DNA of 64,000 nt from Gammaproteobacteria bacterium (GTDB lineage Bacteria; Pseudomonadota; Gammaproteobacteria; GCA-001735895): contig JASFKL010000001.1 of NCBI GenBank assembly GCA_050118655.1, positions 186 through 64,185 of the forward strand, read 5' to 3'. Positions within the stretch are counted from its first letter, which is position 1, and each line of letters starts with the position of its first letter. A model generated the notes under the pieces. It saw nothing but the letters and a program-made list of their open reading frames with translations, ran no database searches and was not told the DNA's origin. Below, one piece after another: positions 1 through 10,279 of the stretch. Position numbers and translations under genes: made by a program.

Positions 1-209
1 ACGGCATTCAGGCAGAGGGTCAGCGGCACGCCGATCAAAATCAGCAGCATAACCGGCCATAGCACCAGTTCATTCAGCACCTGGGGCTGCGAAATGTATG
101 AATACAATAGTCCCGCAACGAGAAATACCGTCGCACAACCCAGCGCGATTCTGCCGAATAGCGGATGGCTATCGAGATTGATGCTTGTATCGGCCTTGTC
201 TTTATTCAA
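1..209 (-). CDS. possible N-terminal part of a membrane protein gene running off the window start (partial); start codon uncertain (TTG near 207-209)
   Basis: Minus-strand reading frame is open from the stop at 219-221 to position 1. It encodes two hydrophobic helix-like segments (GRIALGCATVFLVAGLLYSYI and LVLWPVMLLILIGVPLTLCL). GC3 is lower than in neighbouring genes. It overlaps the plus-strand ORF 94-342, so one or both are spurious. Confidence 0.25.
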   Translation of the reverse strand, partial: MNKDKADTSINLDSHPLFGRIALGCATVFLVAGLLYSYISQPQVLNELVLWPVMLLILIGVPLTLCLNA

Positions 210-756
210 TGTCGTTTTCTATCGCGTCTGGGAAGCCGGATTCCGATATTTGCTTGGCAAGGTTGAACGCTGTTCCGAAATGCCTGCTGTTATAGTACTT
301 AACGCTTATGGGCGCAAAAGCCTGGTAACGATGTATTCATAAGTTGACGTAACGATTTCCAATCCTGGAAAAATCGGGGTCGGATCAGAAATTCCGTGAG
401 CGCCCTGCCCATAGCCTTCGAGAGTCGGCGAAGTCCGCGATGCAAGCGCGTTCCGGCGGGCTCGCCGAAGCCGCCGGTTATCCGCTTACCCGGCTCCGGG
501 AAAAAGGTTCCGTAAACCGGAGTCCTTCCGGTAAATCGGATTGGTCCCGGCTCTGCAAAGCTTGTTCAGAATTGTCGATCTTCCCGAAATGTTGCCAGAA
601 TCCGCCCGGTGCGACCTTCGGCCGCACTCGAGGAAGCGTCGAGATGCTTCGCTCTCTTCGAAGGGGACGGAGTTGCTATCGGTAACTGCGGAGACAACAG
701 GAGATGGTCGCCGAAAGCTACTCTGCCCCCCGGCCTCCCGGTTCTGGAACTCTCCC

Positions 757-1455
757 TCACTTCCAGGCGGGATCATCGTGCTGCGTGGCGAGAAACTCGA
801 TATATTCCCGGTTGGCCTGCCTGGCGCTTTCGTCCACCTGCCACAACGGCAGCGGCCGACCCGCCGCGATACGCTGAACCTCGGCTCCGGCGCGCCGGTT
901 CTCGGCGCCCTGCCCGGGCTCGAGCCCGAGACTGGTCTGACCGCCAGTCATCACCAGGTACACGTCCGCGAGTATGCGCGCATCGAGCAGCGCGCCGTGC
1001 AGGCTGCGGCCGCTATTGTCGATTTCGTAACGCTTGCAAAGCGCATCGAGGCTGTTTTTTTGGCCCGGGTGTTTCTGCCGTGCGAGCACCAGCGTATCGA
1101 GAATACTGCAGCTCTCCTCCAGGGTCGCAGGCGGCGGCTGCAGGCGTGCCAGCTCGCGTTCGAGAAACTCGACGTCGAAAGGCGCGTTATGAATCACCAG
1201 CTCGGCGCCGGCGACGTACTCGAGAAAATCCTCGGCAAGCTCGGCGAAGCGCGGCTTGTCCTGCAGGAACTCGCCGCTGATCCCGTGCACCTCGAACGCA
1301 CCCGGATCGATCTCGCGTTCCGGATTAATGTAATGGTGCCAGTGGTTGCCGGTGACTCGCCGGTTAATCAGTTCGACGCAGCCGATCTCGATGATACGGT
1401 GCCCCTGGCTGGCTTCGAGCCCCGTGGTTTCGGTATCGAGAACGATTTGTCTCAT
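757..1455 (-). CDS. dnaQ: DNA polymerase III epsilon subunit (3'-5' proofreading exonuclease)
   Basis: Translation [13 protein letters not shown]...EIGCVEL...[14 protein letters not shown] shows the DEDDh Exo I/II/III motifs. I set the start at the internal ATG (1453-1455), which forms an ATGA overlap with the rnhA stop. Confidence 0.9.
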   Translation of the reverse strand: MRQIVLDTETTGLEASQGHRIIEIGCVELINRRVTGNHWHHYINPEREIDPGAFEVHGISGEFLQDKPRFAELAEDFLEYVAGAELVIHNAPFDVEFLERELARLQPPPATLEESCSILDTLVLARQKHPGQKNSLDALCKRYEIDNSGRSLHGALLDARILADVYLVMTGGQTSLGLEPGQGAENRRAGAEVQRIAAGRPLPLWQVDESARQANREYIEFLATQHDDPAWK

Positions 1456-1895
1456 GCGGAACCTCCTGCGTCGATGGCGGCGTTCGCCAGTTGATCGGCC
1501 CGTTCGTTGCCGTGGACCCCGGAATGTCCCTTGACCCATTTCCAGCTAACGCGGTGGCGGGCGGCCTCGTCGTCGAGCCGTTTCCAGAGATCGTAATTCT
1601 TGACCGGCTTGCGGGCCGCGGTTTTCCAGCCGTTACGCTTCCAGGTCTGGATCCACTCGTTGATTCCCTGCATCACGTATTTCGAATCGGTGTGCAATTC
1701 GACCTCGCAGGGACGCTTGAGTGCGCGTAAACCTTCGATCACCGCGGTCAACTCCATGCGGTTGTTGGTGGTTTGCGCCTCGAAACCCTTCAAGGTCTTG
1801 TCGTTGCCGCGGTAATGCAGCACCACGCCCCAGCCGCCCGGACCGGGATTCCCGCGGCAGGCGCCGTCGGTATACATTACGACTTTATCCGCCAT
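1452..1895 (-). CDS. rnhA: ribonuclease HI
   Basis: Translation [26 protein letters not shown]...[14 protein letters not shown]...[14 protein letters not shown] is a canonical RNase H fold of 147 aa. Confidence 0.92.
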   Translation of the reverse strand: MADKVVMYTDGACRGNPGPGGWGVVLHYRGNDKTLKGFEAQTTNNRMELTAVIEGLRALKRPCEVELHTDSKYVMQGINEWIQTWKRNGWKTAARKPVKNYDLWKRLDDEAARHRVSWKWVKGHSGVHGNERADQLANAAIDAGGSA

Positions 1896-1900
1896 CGAAA

Positions 1901-2665
1901 CTAGCGGTCATACTTCATGCTGCGCCCGACGCTGGGCCGGGCCATCTTGCCGGGCAGTATCTTGCGCGCGACCCAGCGATGGCGCACGGGTGTCAGGGGG
2001 GCGATATTCTTGCTGTATACCATCAGGTTGATCGCGCCGAGCAGCGGCGACAGGATACGCGTGCTCTTTTCCAGCCAGCCCAGGTGCCGAATCACCGAAG
2101 GCCGCTGAATCGGCGGCAGATAACCGACCCGGATGTGCCTGTCCTGATCGAAACCGAGCAGTTGCATCCAGTCGTCGATCCGCCGGGCCGTGTAGAGGTG
2201 GCCGGTAAAGGGAACATGCTCGAGCCAGGACTGGCAGTAGTGCCTGAAGCCCCAGAGCGAAACGGGATTGAAATCGATGATCACCAGCTTACCCTCGGGA
2301 ATCAGGACTCGAAAAGCCTCGCGCAGGACCGCGTGCGGTTCATCGGTATTCGCCAGGTGATGCATCAGGATGACCAGGTCGACGCTGTCCGAAGCGACCG
2401 GCAGCATCGAGGGGTTGGCCCTGATCTTGGACCCCGAATCCAGCTCGTCGAGCGTGAACTGGTGCTTGATGCGACAACTCTGTTGCAGGCTGGCTGCCAT
2501 GCCCGGACAACCGATTTGCAGCGAGTAATAGCCGAAAGTCGTCGACAATATCGGATTGATGCGCTCTTCCAGCTCTTTGAACAGATGTTGACCGGTTTCC
2601 GCCTGATACCAGTCGTCCATACAGGCAAATCTTTTGCTATCAGTGCCTTGTCGGTCAAATCTCAT
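1901..2665 (-). CDS. class I SAM-dependent methyltransferase (conserved rnhA neighbour)
   Basis: Translation shows a VLDLGCG-like Rossmann core ([10 protein letters not shown]...[14 protein letters not shown]). It sits where the methyltransferase is found in the Pseudomonas-type dnaQ-rnhA-MTase-mltD arrangement. An alternative start at 2620 (MDDWYQ) is possible. Confidence 0.8.
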   Translation of the reverse strand: MRFDRQGTDSKRFACMDDWYQAETGQHLFKELEERINPILSTTFGYYSLQIGCPGMAASLQQSCRIKHQFTLDELDSGSKIRANPSMLPVASDSVDLVILMHHLANTDEPHAVLREAFRVLIPEGKLVIIDFNPVSLWGFRHYCQSWLEHVPFTGHLYTARRIDDWMQLLGFDQDRHIRVGYLPPIQRPSVIRHLGWLEKSTRILSPLLGAINLMVYSKNIAPLTPVRHRWVARKILPGKMARPSVGRSMKYDR

Positions 2666-2730
2666 TTGAAAGTTACGAATCGCGAGTTACAATCAAGTAT
2701 ATTCTAGCCACTAAAAACAATCGATACTAA

Positions 2731-4500
2731 ATGTTTCCCATTTCGAAGCCCCTGCCCGGGGACCGTAATCTGTTGGCCTATCCGCTGTTCGCGCTGTTGG
2801 TGGCGGGATGCGCGAACCTGCAACCCGCGCCCGATGCCGGCGGAGCGGACGCGGAGCCGATCCGGGCTCAGGACGCAGGCGACAACAGGCAGCAAATTGA
2901 CTCGCGCCTCGATGCGGTGGCGCTGGCTTCGGCCGGCTCGGTATATGTCGCTTACGATTTCGATTTCGAAAGCCAGCTGAAAATGGCCGAGACAGAGGCC
3001 GCCGAAAGACAGCGCGCGGCCGAGGCCGAAGCCAGGGCGGAAGCGGAGATCGTCGCCGCGATCAAGGCGGACCTGGAAGCGACCCGCAAGAAACACGATG
3101 CCTGGCTCAGGCTGCAACAGGGCATGCAATTGTCCGAGGTCCACAATGAGCGCGTCAACGCCCAGCTCAAATGGTTCGTCGATCACCCCGGATACATGCA
3201 ACGCGTGATGGAGCGCGCCCGTCCGATCCTGCCGTTCGTGCTCGACGAGCTCGAAGCGCGCAACCTCCCCAGCGAACTGGCCCTGCTGCCGATCGTCGAG
3301 TCGGCTTACCAGGCATTCGCCTATTCCCACGGACGCGCCTCGGGCATGTGGCAAATCATCCCCTCGACCGGCCGCTTCCTCGGGCTCAAGCAAAACTGGT
3401 GGTACGACGGACGTCGAGACATCATCGAGTCGACGCGCGCGGCGATCAATTATCTGCAGCAGTTGTCGCAGGAATTCGACGGCGACTGGGAACTCGCGCT
3501 CGCGGCCTACAACGCGGGGCCCGGCAGGATCCGCAGCGCGGTTCGCTACAACCGCTATCGGGACCGGCCGACCGATTTCTGGAGTCTGACCCGTATTCGC
3601 AAGGAGACCCAGGCTTACGTGCCGAAGATGTTCGCGCTCAAGGAAATGTTTACTCATCCGGAGAAGTACCAGCTCGACCTGTTGCCGATCAACAACCAGG
3701 TCAGTTACGAAATCGTCGAGCTCGACGGCCAGATCGATCTCGCGCTGGCCGCGGACCTGGCCGGAATCTCGGTGAATCAACTCTATCAGTTGAACCCGGC
3801 CTTCAATCGCTGGGCGACCGCGCCCGACGGGCCGCATCGCCTGCTGCTGCCGCGCGGCAAGGCGGATCATTTCAGGCACGAAGTCTCCAAGGTACCGAGT
3901 ACCAAGCGCATCAACTGGGTGCGGCACAAGATCAAGAGCGGTGAAACGCTGAGTGAAATCTCGCGACACTACCGGACTTCGGTGGCGCTGATCAGGGAAG
4001 TCAACAATATCCGCGGCAGCCATATCCGCGCCGGCAAATACCTGATGGTTCCGACGGCCACCAAATCGCTGAGAACCTATACCCTGAGCGCGAGTTCGCG
4101 GCTGGCAGCCCTGCAGAACACCGACCGCGGCGGAACCCGCCAGGAGCACATCGTGCGTCCGGGACAGAGCCTGTGGAGCATCTCGCGGAGCTACGGCGTC
4201 ACCACGCGGGCGCTCGCCAAGTGGAACGGCATGGCGCCGATCGATACCCTGCAGGTGGGACAGAAGCTCGTCGTATGGACCAGCGCCCAGGCGCGCAAGG
4301 TCAGTATCAGTCAGACGCGGCCCAGTAACGCATTACACGCGCTGCGCTACACTGTCCGCAAGGGAGATTCACTGTATCTCATCGCGGATCGCTTCAATGT
4401 CAGCATCGCGGATATCAGGCGCTGGAACCGGCTCGGCAAATATTTGCATCCCGGGCAAAAAATCAAACTTTACGTCGACATCACCAGTCAGTCCGGCTAG
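2731..4500 (+). CDS. mltD: membrane-bound lytic murein transglycosylase D, lipoprotein with SLT domain and three C-terminal LysM repeats
   Basis: N-terminal lipobox LLVAGC; SLT catalytic region ESAYQAFAYSHGRASGMWQIIPSTGR; three LysM repeats (HKIKSGETLSEIS..., HIVRPGQSLWSIS..., YTVRKGDSLYLIA...). Confidence 0.9.
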   Translation: MFPISKPLPGDRNLLAYPLFALLVAGCANLQPAPDAGGADAEPIRAQDAGDNRQQIDSRLDAVALASAGSVYVAYDFDFESQLKMAETEAAERQRAAEAEARAEAEIVAAIKADLEATRKKHDAWLRLQQGMQLSEVHNERVNAQLKWFVDHPGYMQRVMERARPILPFVLDELEARNLPSELALLPIVESAYQAFAYSHGRASGMWQIIPSTGRFLGLKQNWWYDGRRDIIESTRAAINYLQQLSQEFDGDWELALAAYNAGPGRIRSAVRYNRYRDRPTDFWSLTRIRKETQAYVPKMFALKEMFTHPEKYQLDLLPINNQVSYEIVELDGQIDLALAADLAGISVNQLYQLNPAFNRWATAPDGPHRLLLPRGKADHFRHEVSKVPSTKRINWVRHKIKSGETLSEISRHYRTSVALIREVNNIRGSHIRAGKYLMVPTATKSLRTYTLSASSRLAALQNTDRGGTRQEHIVRPGQSLWSISRSYGVTTRALAKWNGMAPIDTLQVGQKLVVWTSAQARKVSISQTRPSNALHALRYTVRKGDSLYLIADRFNVSIADIRRWNRLGKYLHPGQKIKLYVDITSQSG

Positions 4501-4617
4501 ATCCGGCGCTGCCATGGCGTTGCCGCGAGAATTTGTCCGCAGGTAGTTGCTTTATCCCGACCCAGACGCCAAAATAGACTTTTACGTGCGAACGACGAAG
4601 GGTTCCCCAACAAGATT

Positions 4618-5673
4618 ATGAGCCTTGAAATTGATCCCAAACAAATAAAATCCTTCTCTCCGATCAATTCTCTGAATCCAGAAAACGCTCAAGAATTAGT
4701 CAACAAAATTACCGCTACCCCGATCCAGGCGGGCCACTATATCTTCAAGAAAGGTGATATGGACAAGGCGCACGTCTACGTGCTCTCGGGCGAAGTGGAG
4801 CTGGTGCAGGACAAAAAGGTGGTCAAGACCATCAAGGCGGGCTCCCCGGAAGGCATGCAACCGCTGGCGCACGGATTTCCCCGGCCGGTGTCGGCGCGCG
4901 CCAAGGTCGCCTCGGTGGTCACCAAGATCAACAGCGACATGCTCGACATCATGCTGACCTGGGACCAGTCGGGCAGTTACTCGGTAGAACCCGTCGACGA
5001 AGAAGACGAAGAAACCGACTGGATGACCCGCATCCTGCAAACCCGGGCCTTCCATCGCATTCCGCCGGCCAATATCCAGGCGATGTTCATGCGCATGGAA
5101 TCGGTCAGCTTCAAGCCCGGCGAGAAAGTGATCGAACAGGATGCCGAGGGCGATTATTTCTACATCATCAAGGAAGGCCGTTGCCTGGTCACCCGCTCCA
5201 CGCCGGCCAACCCGAATGGCGTCAAGCTGGCGACCCTGTCGGTGGGCGACAGTTTCGGCGAGGAAGCGCTGATCTCCGACAGCAAGCGCAACGCGACGAT
5301 CACGATGCTGTCCGAGGGGCATTTGATGCGCCTCAACAAGGAGGATTTCAACTCGCTGCTGAACGAACCGCTGCTCAACTGGGTCGATTACGACGAGGCC
5401 AGGAAACTGGTCGATGCGGGCGCCGTCTGGTTCGACGTACGCCTGCCTACCGAGCACAAGGCCAAGCACATCAAGGGCAGTATCAATATCCCGCTGATTT
5501 TCCTGCGCATGAAGGCCAATTCGCTCGATACCGAAAAGAAATACGTCATCTATTGCGATACCGGCCGGCGCAGCTCCGCGGCCTCTTTTCTACTCAACGA
5601 AAAGGATATCGAGACCTTCGTATTGCGCGACGGCGTCGATACCGCCGAGCCCTCCGACCTGGTTACCAGCTAA
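4618..5673 (+). CDS. signalling protein with two cyclic-nucleotide-binding (CAP effector) domains fused to a C-terminal rhodanese domain
   Basis: Two cNMP-binding cores are present (FKKGDMDKAHVYVLSGEVEL and FGEEALISDSKRNATITM, with the G-E-x-A-L...R-x-A-T phosphate-binding cassette). The C-terminus is a rhodanese with an intact catalytic loop, YCDTGRRSSAAS. Confidence 0.85.
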   Translation: MSLEIDPKQIKSFSPINSLNPENAQELVNKITATPIQAGHYIFKKGDMDKAHVYVLSGEVELVQDKKVVKTIKAGSPEGMQPLAHGFPRPVSARAKVASVVTKINSDMLDIMLTWDQSGSYSVEPVDEEDEETDWMTRILQTRAFHRIPPANIQAMFMRMESVSFKPGEKVIEQDAEGDYFYIIKEGRCLVTRSTPANPNGVKLATLSVGDSFGEEALISDSKRNATITMLSEGHLMRLNKEDFNSLLNEPLLNWVDYDEARKLVDAGAVWFDVRLPTEHKAKHIKGSINIPLIFLRMKANSLDTEKKYVIYCDTGRRSSAASFLLNEKDIETFVLRDGVDTAEPSDLVTS

Positions 5674-5702
5674 CGCGCCTCGACGCCGTCGGATCCCGCC
5701 GC

Positions 5703-7307
5703 TCAGCCGGCGTAGCCCGGGATTAGCGATTCGTCTATTTCGTCGATCTGCTCCGGATCGAGAAACTCCTCGGCGTAGTCGAGGTAAACCCGCTCGCGAA
5801 TGAAGATCTCGAAGATATCGGGATCGATGTGATTGTCCTTTTTCATGAATCCCATGATGCGCAGGCACTCGGACAGTTTCTTGCCATGCTTGTATGGCCG
5901 ATCGCTGGCGGTCAGGGCCTCGAAAATATCGGCCACCGCCATAATCCGGGCCTGTACCGACATTTCCTCCCTTTTGAGCCCGCGCGGGTATCCCGTGCCA
6001 TCCATTTTTTCATGATGTCCGCCGGCATACTCGGGTACGTTTTGCAAATTGCGGGGAAACGGCAGCGATTCCAGCATCTTGATGGTCGCGACGATATGGT
6101 TGTTGATGACTTCCCGCTCTTCATCGTTCAGCGTGCCGCGCTTGATACACAGGTTCATGACCTCGTCGTCGGTCAAAAGCGGCCGCGTCTCGCCGGACCC
6201 GTCCACCCATTCGAGCCCGGCGAGTTGCTTTACCCGGTCGATATCCTCGTCGCTCATGAATTCGCCGCCGACATTGGCCTTGCGCAAAAATTCGAAATCC
6301 TGCCGGTATTGCTCGCGACGGGATTCGAGATCCCTGTCCAGTTGTTCGACATCGGCCTTCGATCCGTTTGCCGCTAGACGTTTTTTCAAGTATTCGATTT
6401 CGGCGTCGCGCTGCAGGATCACGAAACGGGTTTCCAGCGCATTGATACGATCGTAAATCGTTTCCAGCTTGGTGGCCTTGTCCATCACGTACTCGGGGGT
6501 AACCACCTTGCCGCAATCGTGCAACCAGGCAGCGGTCTCGAGTTCGTAGCGATCCTTGTCGGTAATTCTGAAATCCTTCAGCGGCCCCTTGTCGTCCTGG
6601 TGCGCGGCCTCGGCAAGCATCATCGTCAATACCGGAATCCGCCGGCAATGACCGCCGGTATAGGGCGACTTGTCGTCGATCGCCGAGGCGATCATGCGGA
6701 TAAAAGATTCGAACAGGATTTGCAGTTCCGAGATCAGTCTCCGCTGGGTCAGCGCGACGGCTGCCTGGGAAGCCAGTGACTCGGCGAGTTGCTGTTCGAC
6801 GGCGCTGAAAACTTTGACCTCGCCGGTTTGCTCGTTCCTGGCATTGATCAATTGCAGCACGCCGATGATTTCCTTCTCGTGGTCCTTGAGCGGAAAGGTC
6901 AGCATGGAGCGGGTGCGGTAACCGGTCTTTTCGTCGAAGGCCCGCGTGCCCGAGAAATCGAAGCCGTCCTCGTTATAGGCGTCGGCAATGTTGATGGTTT
7001 CTCCGGACAGTACGCAGTGGGAGACGACGTTGGCATGGTTATCCTTGCCTTCGATCGACAGCGGTATCGCCGGAAAAGTGATTTCGTTACCCGAGGTACC
7101 GCCCATCTGTATATCGAGCGAATCGTTGGAAATGATCTCGAATCTGAGTTCGCCGTCGTTCAGAAAATACAGCGAGCCGCCATCCGCGTGGGTGAGCGAT
7201 TTTGCTCCCATCATGATCAGCTCGAGCAGCTTGGGCGTATCGTTTTCCGCCGACAGCGCGATGCCGATTTCATTTAACCGATCAATCCTGTCGAGCAATT
7301 CTGACAT
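5703..7307 (-). CDS. GAF-domain HD-GYP phosphodiesterase (predicted c-di-GMP hydrolase)
   Basis: N-terminal GAF region; HD motif in AAWLHDCGK; HD-GYP signature GGHHEKMDGTGYPRGL. Confidence 0.9.
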   Translation of the reverse strand: MSELLDRIDRLNEIGIALSAENDTPKLLELIMMGAKSLTHADGGSLYFLNDGELRFEIISNDSLDIQMGGTSGNEITFPAIPLSIEGKDNHANVVSHCVLSGETINIADAYNEDGFDFSGTRAFDEKTGYRTRSMLTFPLKDHEKEIIGVLQLINARNEQTGEVKVFSAVEQQLAESLASQAAVALTQRRLISELQILFESFIRMIASAIDDKSPYTGGHCRRIPVLTMMLAEAAHQDDKGPLKDFRITDKDRYELETAAWLHDCGKVVTPEYVMDKATKLETIYDRINALETRFVILQRDAEIEYLKKRLAANGSKADVEQLDRDLESRREQYRQDFEFLRKANVGGEFMSDEDIDRVKQLAGLEWVDGSGETRPLLTDDEVMNLCIKRGTLNDEEREVINNHIVATIKMLESLPFPRNLQNVPEYAGGHHEKMDGTGYPRGLKREEMSVQARIMAVADIFEALTASDRPYKHGKKLSECLRIMGFMKKDNHIDPDIFEIFIRERVYLDYAEEFLDPEQIDEIDESLIPGYAG

Positions 7308-7634
7308 CTACTGGCACCTGCCCCTCGCGGAGGCCGAGCTACGCGAGCTTCGAAAGTCGCTCTATTCTAGGTGAATCCCCGGGCATTTCAATTCCGGGCC
7401 GGTTAAATTTTTAACCCCAAGCACTGGTAAAAAAGCGCATTCAACCTTATAGTTTAGAGGCATCACGATTCATAAGAATACCGGGGGGGATCCAAGCTGT
7501 TAACCAGTTCAAGGTGTTCGCATAAACTATTGAATATTATACGAATCGGATTTCTTCATTTTCCGGTCGCACACCCAGTAAAGTACGACTATAACAAGCT
7601 GGGTGACTAATAAGAATCAAACTATGGAGACGGT

Positions 7635-10265
7635 ATGAAAACCCGTTTTTGGAGTAGCGACTGGTTCGCCGGGCTGCTGATTACCATCGTGATTGTGGCG
7701 GTCTCGGGTTCCGGCCCCTTCCAAAGCCTGGAGCGCTCGTTTTACGACTGGGGCGTGCGCTCGACCGACAGGACTCCCTCCGACAAGATTGCGATCATCG
7801 CCATCGACGACGAGAGTATCGACAACCTGGGCCGCTGGCCCTGGCCGCGCGACCTCCACGCCGAATTGATCAACCGGCTTTCCGAGGGCGGAGCCAAGGT
7901 CATCGGTCAAACCGTATTTTTCCTCGAACCCCAGGTCGATCCGGGGTTGACCTATATCCGCGAACTGATCGAGTTTTTCTCTACCGCGAGCTTCGGCGAC
8001 GTTCCCGCCGATATCGATGCGCTGGGCGCGATGCTGGAACTGGGCGGCAACAATCGCAAGATAAACGATATCCTCGAATTCTATCTCCAATCGAGCCTGA
8101 ATACGCGTCTCAACCAGGATATCGAAACCCTGAAATCCCGAATGTTCGAAGCCGAGCAGGCGCTCAACACCGACGCCAAGCTCGCCGAGAGCATGGAAAA
8201 AGCCAAGAACGTCGTGCTGGCGATGGTCTTTTACCTGGGCATCCCGCGCGGCAAGCCCGACGAGGAACTGCCCGACTACGTGCTGAAAAACTCGATCAGC
8301 CAGATCCGTGACCGCGTATCGGCACAACCCAACGGCCTGTTCCCGATTCCGACCATCGATGCGCTGACACCGATTCCGGAAATCGGCCGCTACGCGGCGG
8401 CGATCGGCCATCTCAATACCCTGCCCGATATCGACGGCGGGGTTCGTTCAGAGCCGCTGGTGCTGCAGTACTACGACCGCTTCTTCCCGTCGATATCGCT
8501 GCAAATCGCCGCGCGCAGCCTGAACCTCGACACCAACGACATCCGCGTCAATCTGGCGGAGAGCGTCGAACTCGGCAGTCTGGCAATCAAGACCGATACC
8601 CAGCTGCAGATGAATACCTTTTACTACTCGAATCGCGATGGTTTTCCGGCATTTCCGGTGGATTCGTTTTACGACGTATTCACCGGCAAGATTCCGATCG
8701 AAAAGTATCGCGGCAAGATCGTTTTGATCGGCCCCACCGCCACCGGCGTCGGTACGCCGCAGGTCACTCCCATCGATCCCGCAATGGCGCCGGTACTGAC
8801 GCTCGCACACTCGGTTTCGAGCATCCTCAAGGAGGATTTTTTCATCGAGCCCGAATGGGGCTTCTGGGCGCGCATGGGTACCTTCCTCGTGGTTGCGCTC
8901 TACCTGATGCTGCTGATGCCGCGGTTAAAGGCCGGTGTCGCTTTCGTGGTCACCACGGTGCTGGTGCTGGCACTGATCGCCACCCATTACATACTGATGA
9001 CCGGCAGCACGATGTGGATTCAGTTGATGACCCCGGGGGCCCTGCTGGTGATCGGTTACCTGTTGATCACCACCAAGAGATTCCTGGTCACCGAGCGCGG
9101 CAAGGCCAAATCCGACGTGGAATCGGCCGAGAGCAACCGGATGCTGGGTATCGCATTTCAAACCCAGGGTCAACTCGACATGGCGTTCGAAAAATTCCGC
9201 AAGTGCAGCCCGGTCGACGAACAGGTGCTCGAGGCGATGTACAACCTGGCGCTGGATTTCGAGCGCAAGCGGCAATTCAACAAGGCCACTTCGGTGTACC
9301 AGTACATGGCCAAGCACGACAAGAGCTTCCGTGATATCGAAACCCGTATGAACCGCGCGCAGAAGATGGAAGAAACCGTCATGCTCGGCGGTAGCGGCGG
9401 ACATGCGGGCGGCACCCTGCTGCTCGATGGCAGCGGTGTCGAAAAACCGATGCTGGGCCGTTACGAAGTCGAAAAGGAACTCGGCAAGGGCGCCATGGGT
9501 ATCGTCTACCTGGGCAAGGACCCCAAGATCAGCCGGGTCGTGGCGATCAAGACCATGGCCCTGGCGCAGGAGTTCGAAGCCGACGAACTCGACGAGGTCA
9601 AGGAGCGGTTCTTCCGCGAGGCGGAAACCGCGGGGCGCCTGAATCATCCCAATATCGTAACCATTTACGATGCCGGCGAGGAGCACGATCTCGCCTATAT
9701 CGCGATGGAATTTCTCAAGGGCTACGACCTTACGAAACACTGCAAGCCCGATAACCTGCTGGAAATGAATACCGTGGTCAGCATCGTCCAGCGCGCCGCC
9801 GAGGGCCTCGATTTCGCGCACCGGCAAAACGTCGTGCACCGCGATATCAAGCCGGCCAACATCATGTACGAGCCGGAATCGGATACCATCAAGATTACCG
9901 ATTTCGGTATCGCGAGAATTACCGATTCGAGCAAGACCAAGACCGGGATGGTACTCGGCACGCCCTCTTACATGTCTCCCGAACAACTGGCGGGCAAAAA
10001 AGTCGATGGACGTTCCGACCTGTTTTCACTCGGCGTCATGCTTTACCAGATGCTTTGCGGATCCCTGCCCTTCAAGGCGGATTCGATGGCCAGTCTGATG
10101 TTCAAGATCACCAACGAAGAGGCCCCGGACATTCGCAGCGTGCGCGAGGATATACCCCATGGCCTGGTCGAAGTAATCGCCTTGGCCATGACCAAGGATG
10201 CCGACCAGCGATATCAGACAGGAGCCGATTTTGCCAATGCATTGAAAGCATTTCTGAATAATTGA
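7635..10265 (+). CDS. CHASE2 sensor domain / TPR-like linker / Hanks-type Ser/Thr protein kinase (membrane-bound)
   Basis: N-terminal TM followed by a CHASE2 region (IAIDDESIDNLGRWPWPRD). Several TM helices follow (residues ~420-470), then TPR-like helices. The C-terminal kinase shows GKGAMGIVY, VAIK, HRDIKPAN, DFG and SPE motifs. An RBS (GGAGA) lies 5 nt upstream of the ATG. Confidence 0.9.
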   Translation: MKTRFWSSDWFAGLLITIVIVAVSGSGPFQSLERSFYDWGVRSTDRTPSDKIAIIAIDDESIDNLGRWPWPRDLHAELINRLSEGGAKVIGQTVFFLEPQVDPGLTYIRELIEFFSTASFGDVPADIDALGAMLELGGNNRKINDILEFYLQSSLNTRLNQDIETLKSRMFEAEQALNTDAKLAESMEKAKNVVLAMVFYLGIPRGKPDEELPDYVLKNSISQIRDRVSAQPNGLFPIPTIDALTPIPEIGRYAAAIGHLNTLPDIDGGVRSEPLVLQYYDRFFPSISLQIAARSLNLDTNDIRVNLAESVELGSLAIKTDTQLQMNTFYYSNRDGFPAFPVDSFYDVFTGKIPIEKYRGKIVLIGPTATGVGTPQVTPIDPAMAPVLTLAHSVSSILKEDFFIEPEWGFWARMGTFLVVALYLMLLMPRLKAGVAFVVTTVLVLALIATHYILMTGSTMWIQLMTPGALLVIGYLLITTKRFLVTERGKAKSDVESAESNRMLGIAFQTQGQLDMAFEKFRKCSPVDEQVLEAMYNLALDFERKRQFNKATSVYQYMAKHDKSFRDIETRMNRAQKMEETVMLGGSGGHAGGTLLLDGSGVEKPMLGRYEVEKELGKGAMGIVYLGKDPKISRVVAIKTMALAQEFEADELDEVKERFFREAETAGRLNHPNIVTIYDAGEEHDLAYIAMEFLKGYDLTKHCKPDNLLEMNTVVSIVQRAAEGLDFAHRQNVVHRDIKPANIMYEPESDTIKITDFGIARITDSSKTKTGMVLGTPSYMSPEQLAGKKVDGRSDLFSLGVMLYQMLCGSLPFKADSMASLMFKITNEEAPDIRSVREDIPHGLVEVIALAMTKDADQRYQTGADFANALKAFLNN

Positions 10266-10279
10266 GCCCAGACTGTTTG

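Noticed and set aside
541-1494. 317-aa plus-strand ORF
   Set aside because: It is antisense to dnaQ across its whole length and has Arg/Ala/Leu-rich high-GC shadow-frame composition. dnaQ has clear exonuclease motifs on the other strand.
2704-4149. 481-aa minus-strand ORF
   Set aside because: Antisense shadow of mltD. It lacks the lipoprotein, SLT and LysM features found on the plus strand.
7311-7326. TGGCAC motif resembling a sigma-54 -24 element
   Set aside because: The -12 position lacks the required GC (TTGC) element. The motif also lies 300 bp from the nearest start codon.
8925-9986. 353-aa minus-strand ORF
   Set aside because: Antisense to the kinase domain of the CHASE2 Ser/Thr kinase gene.
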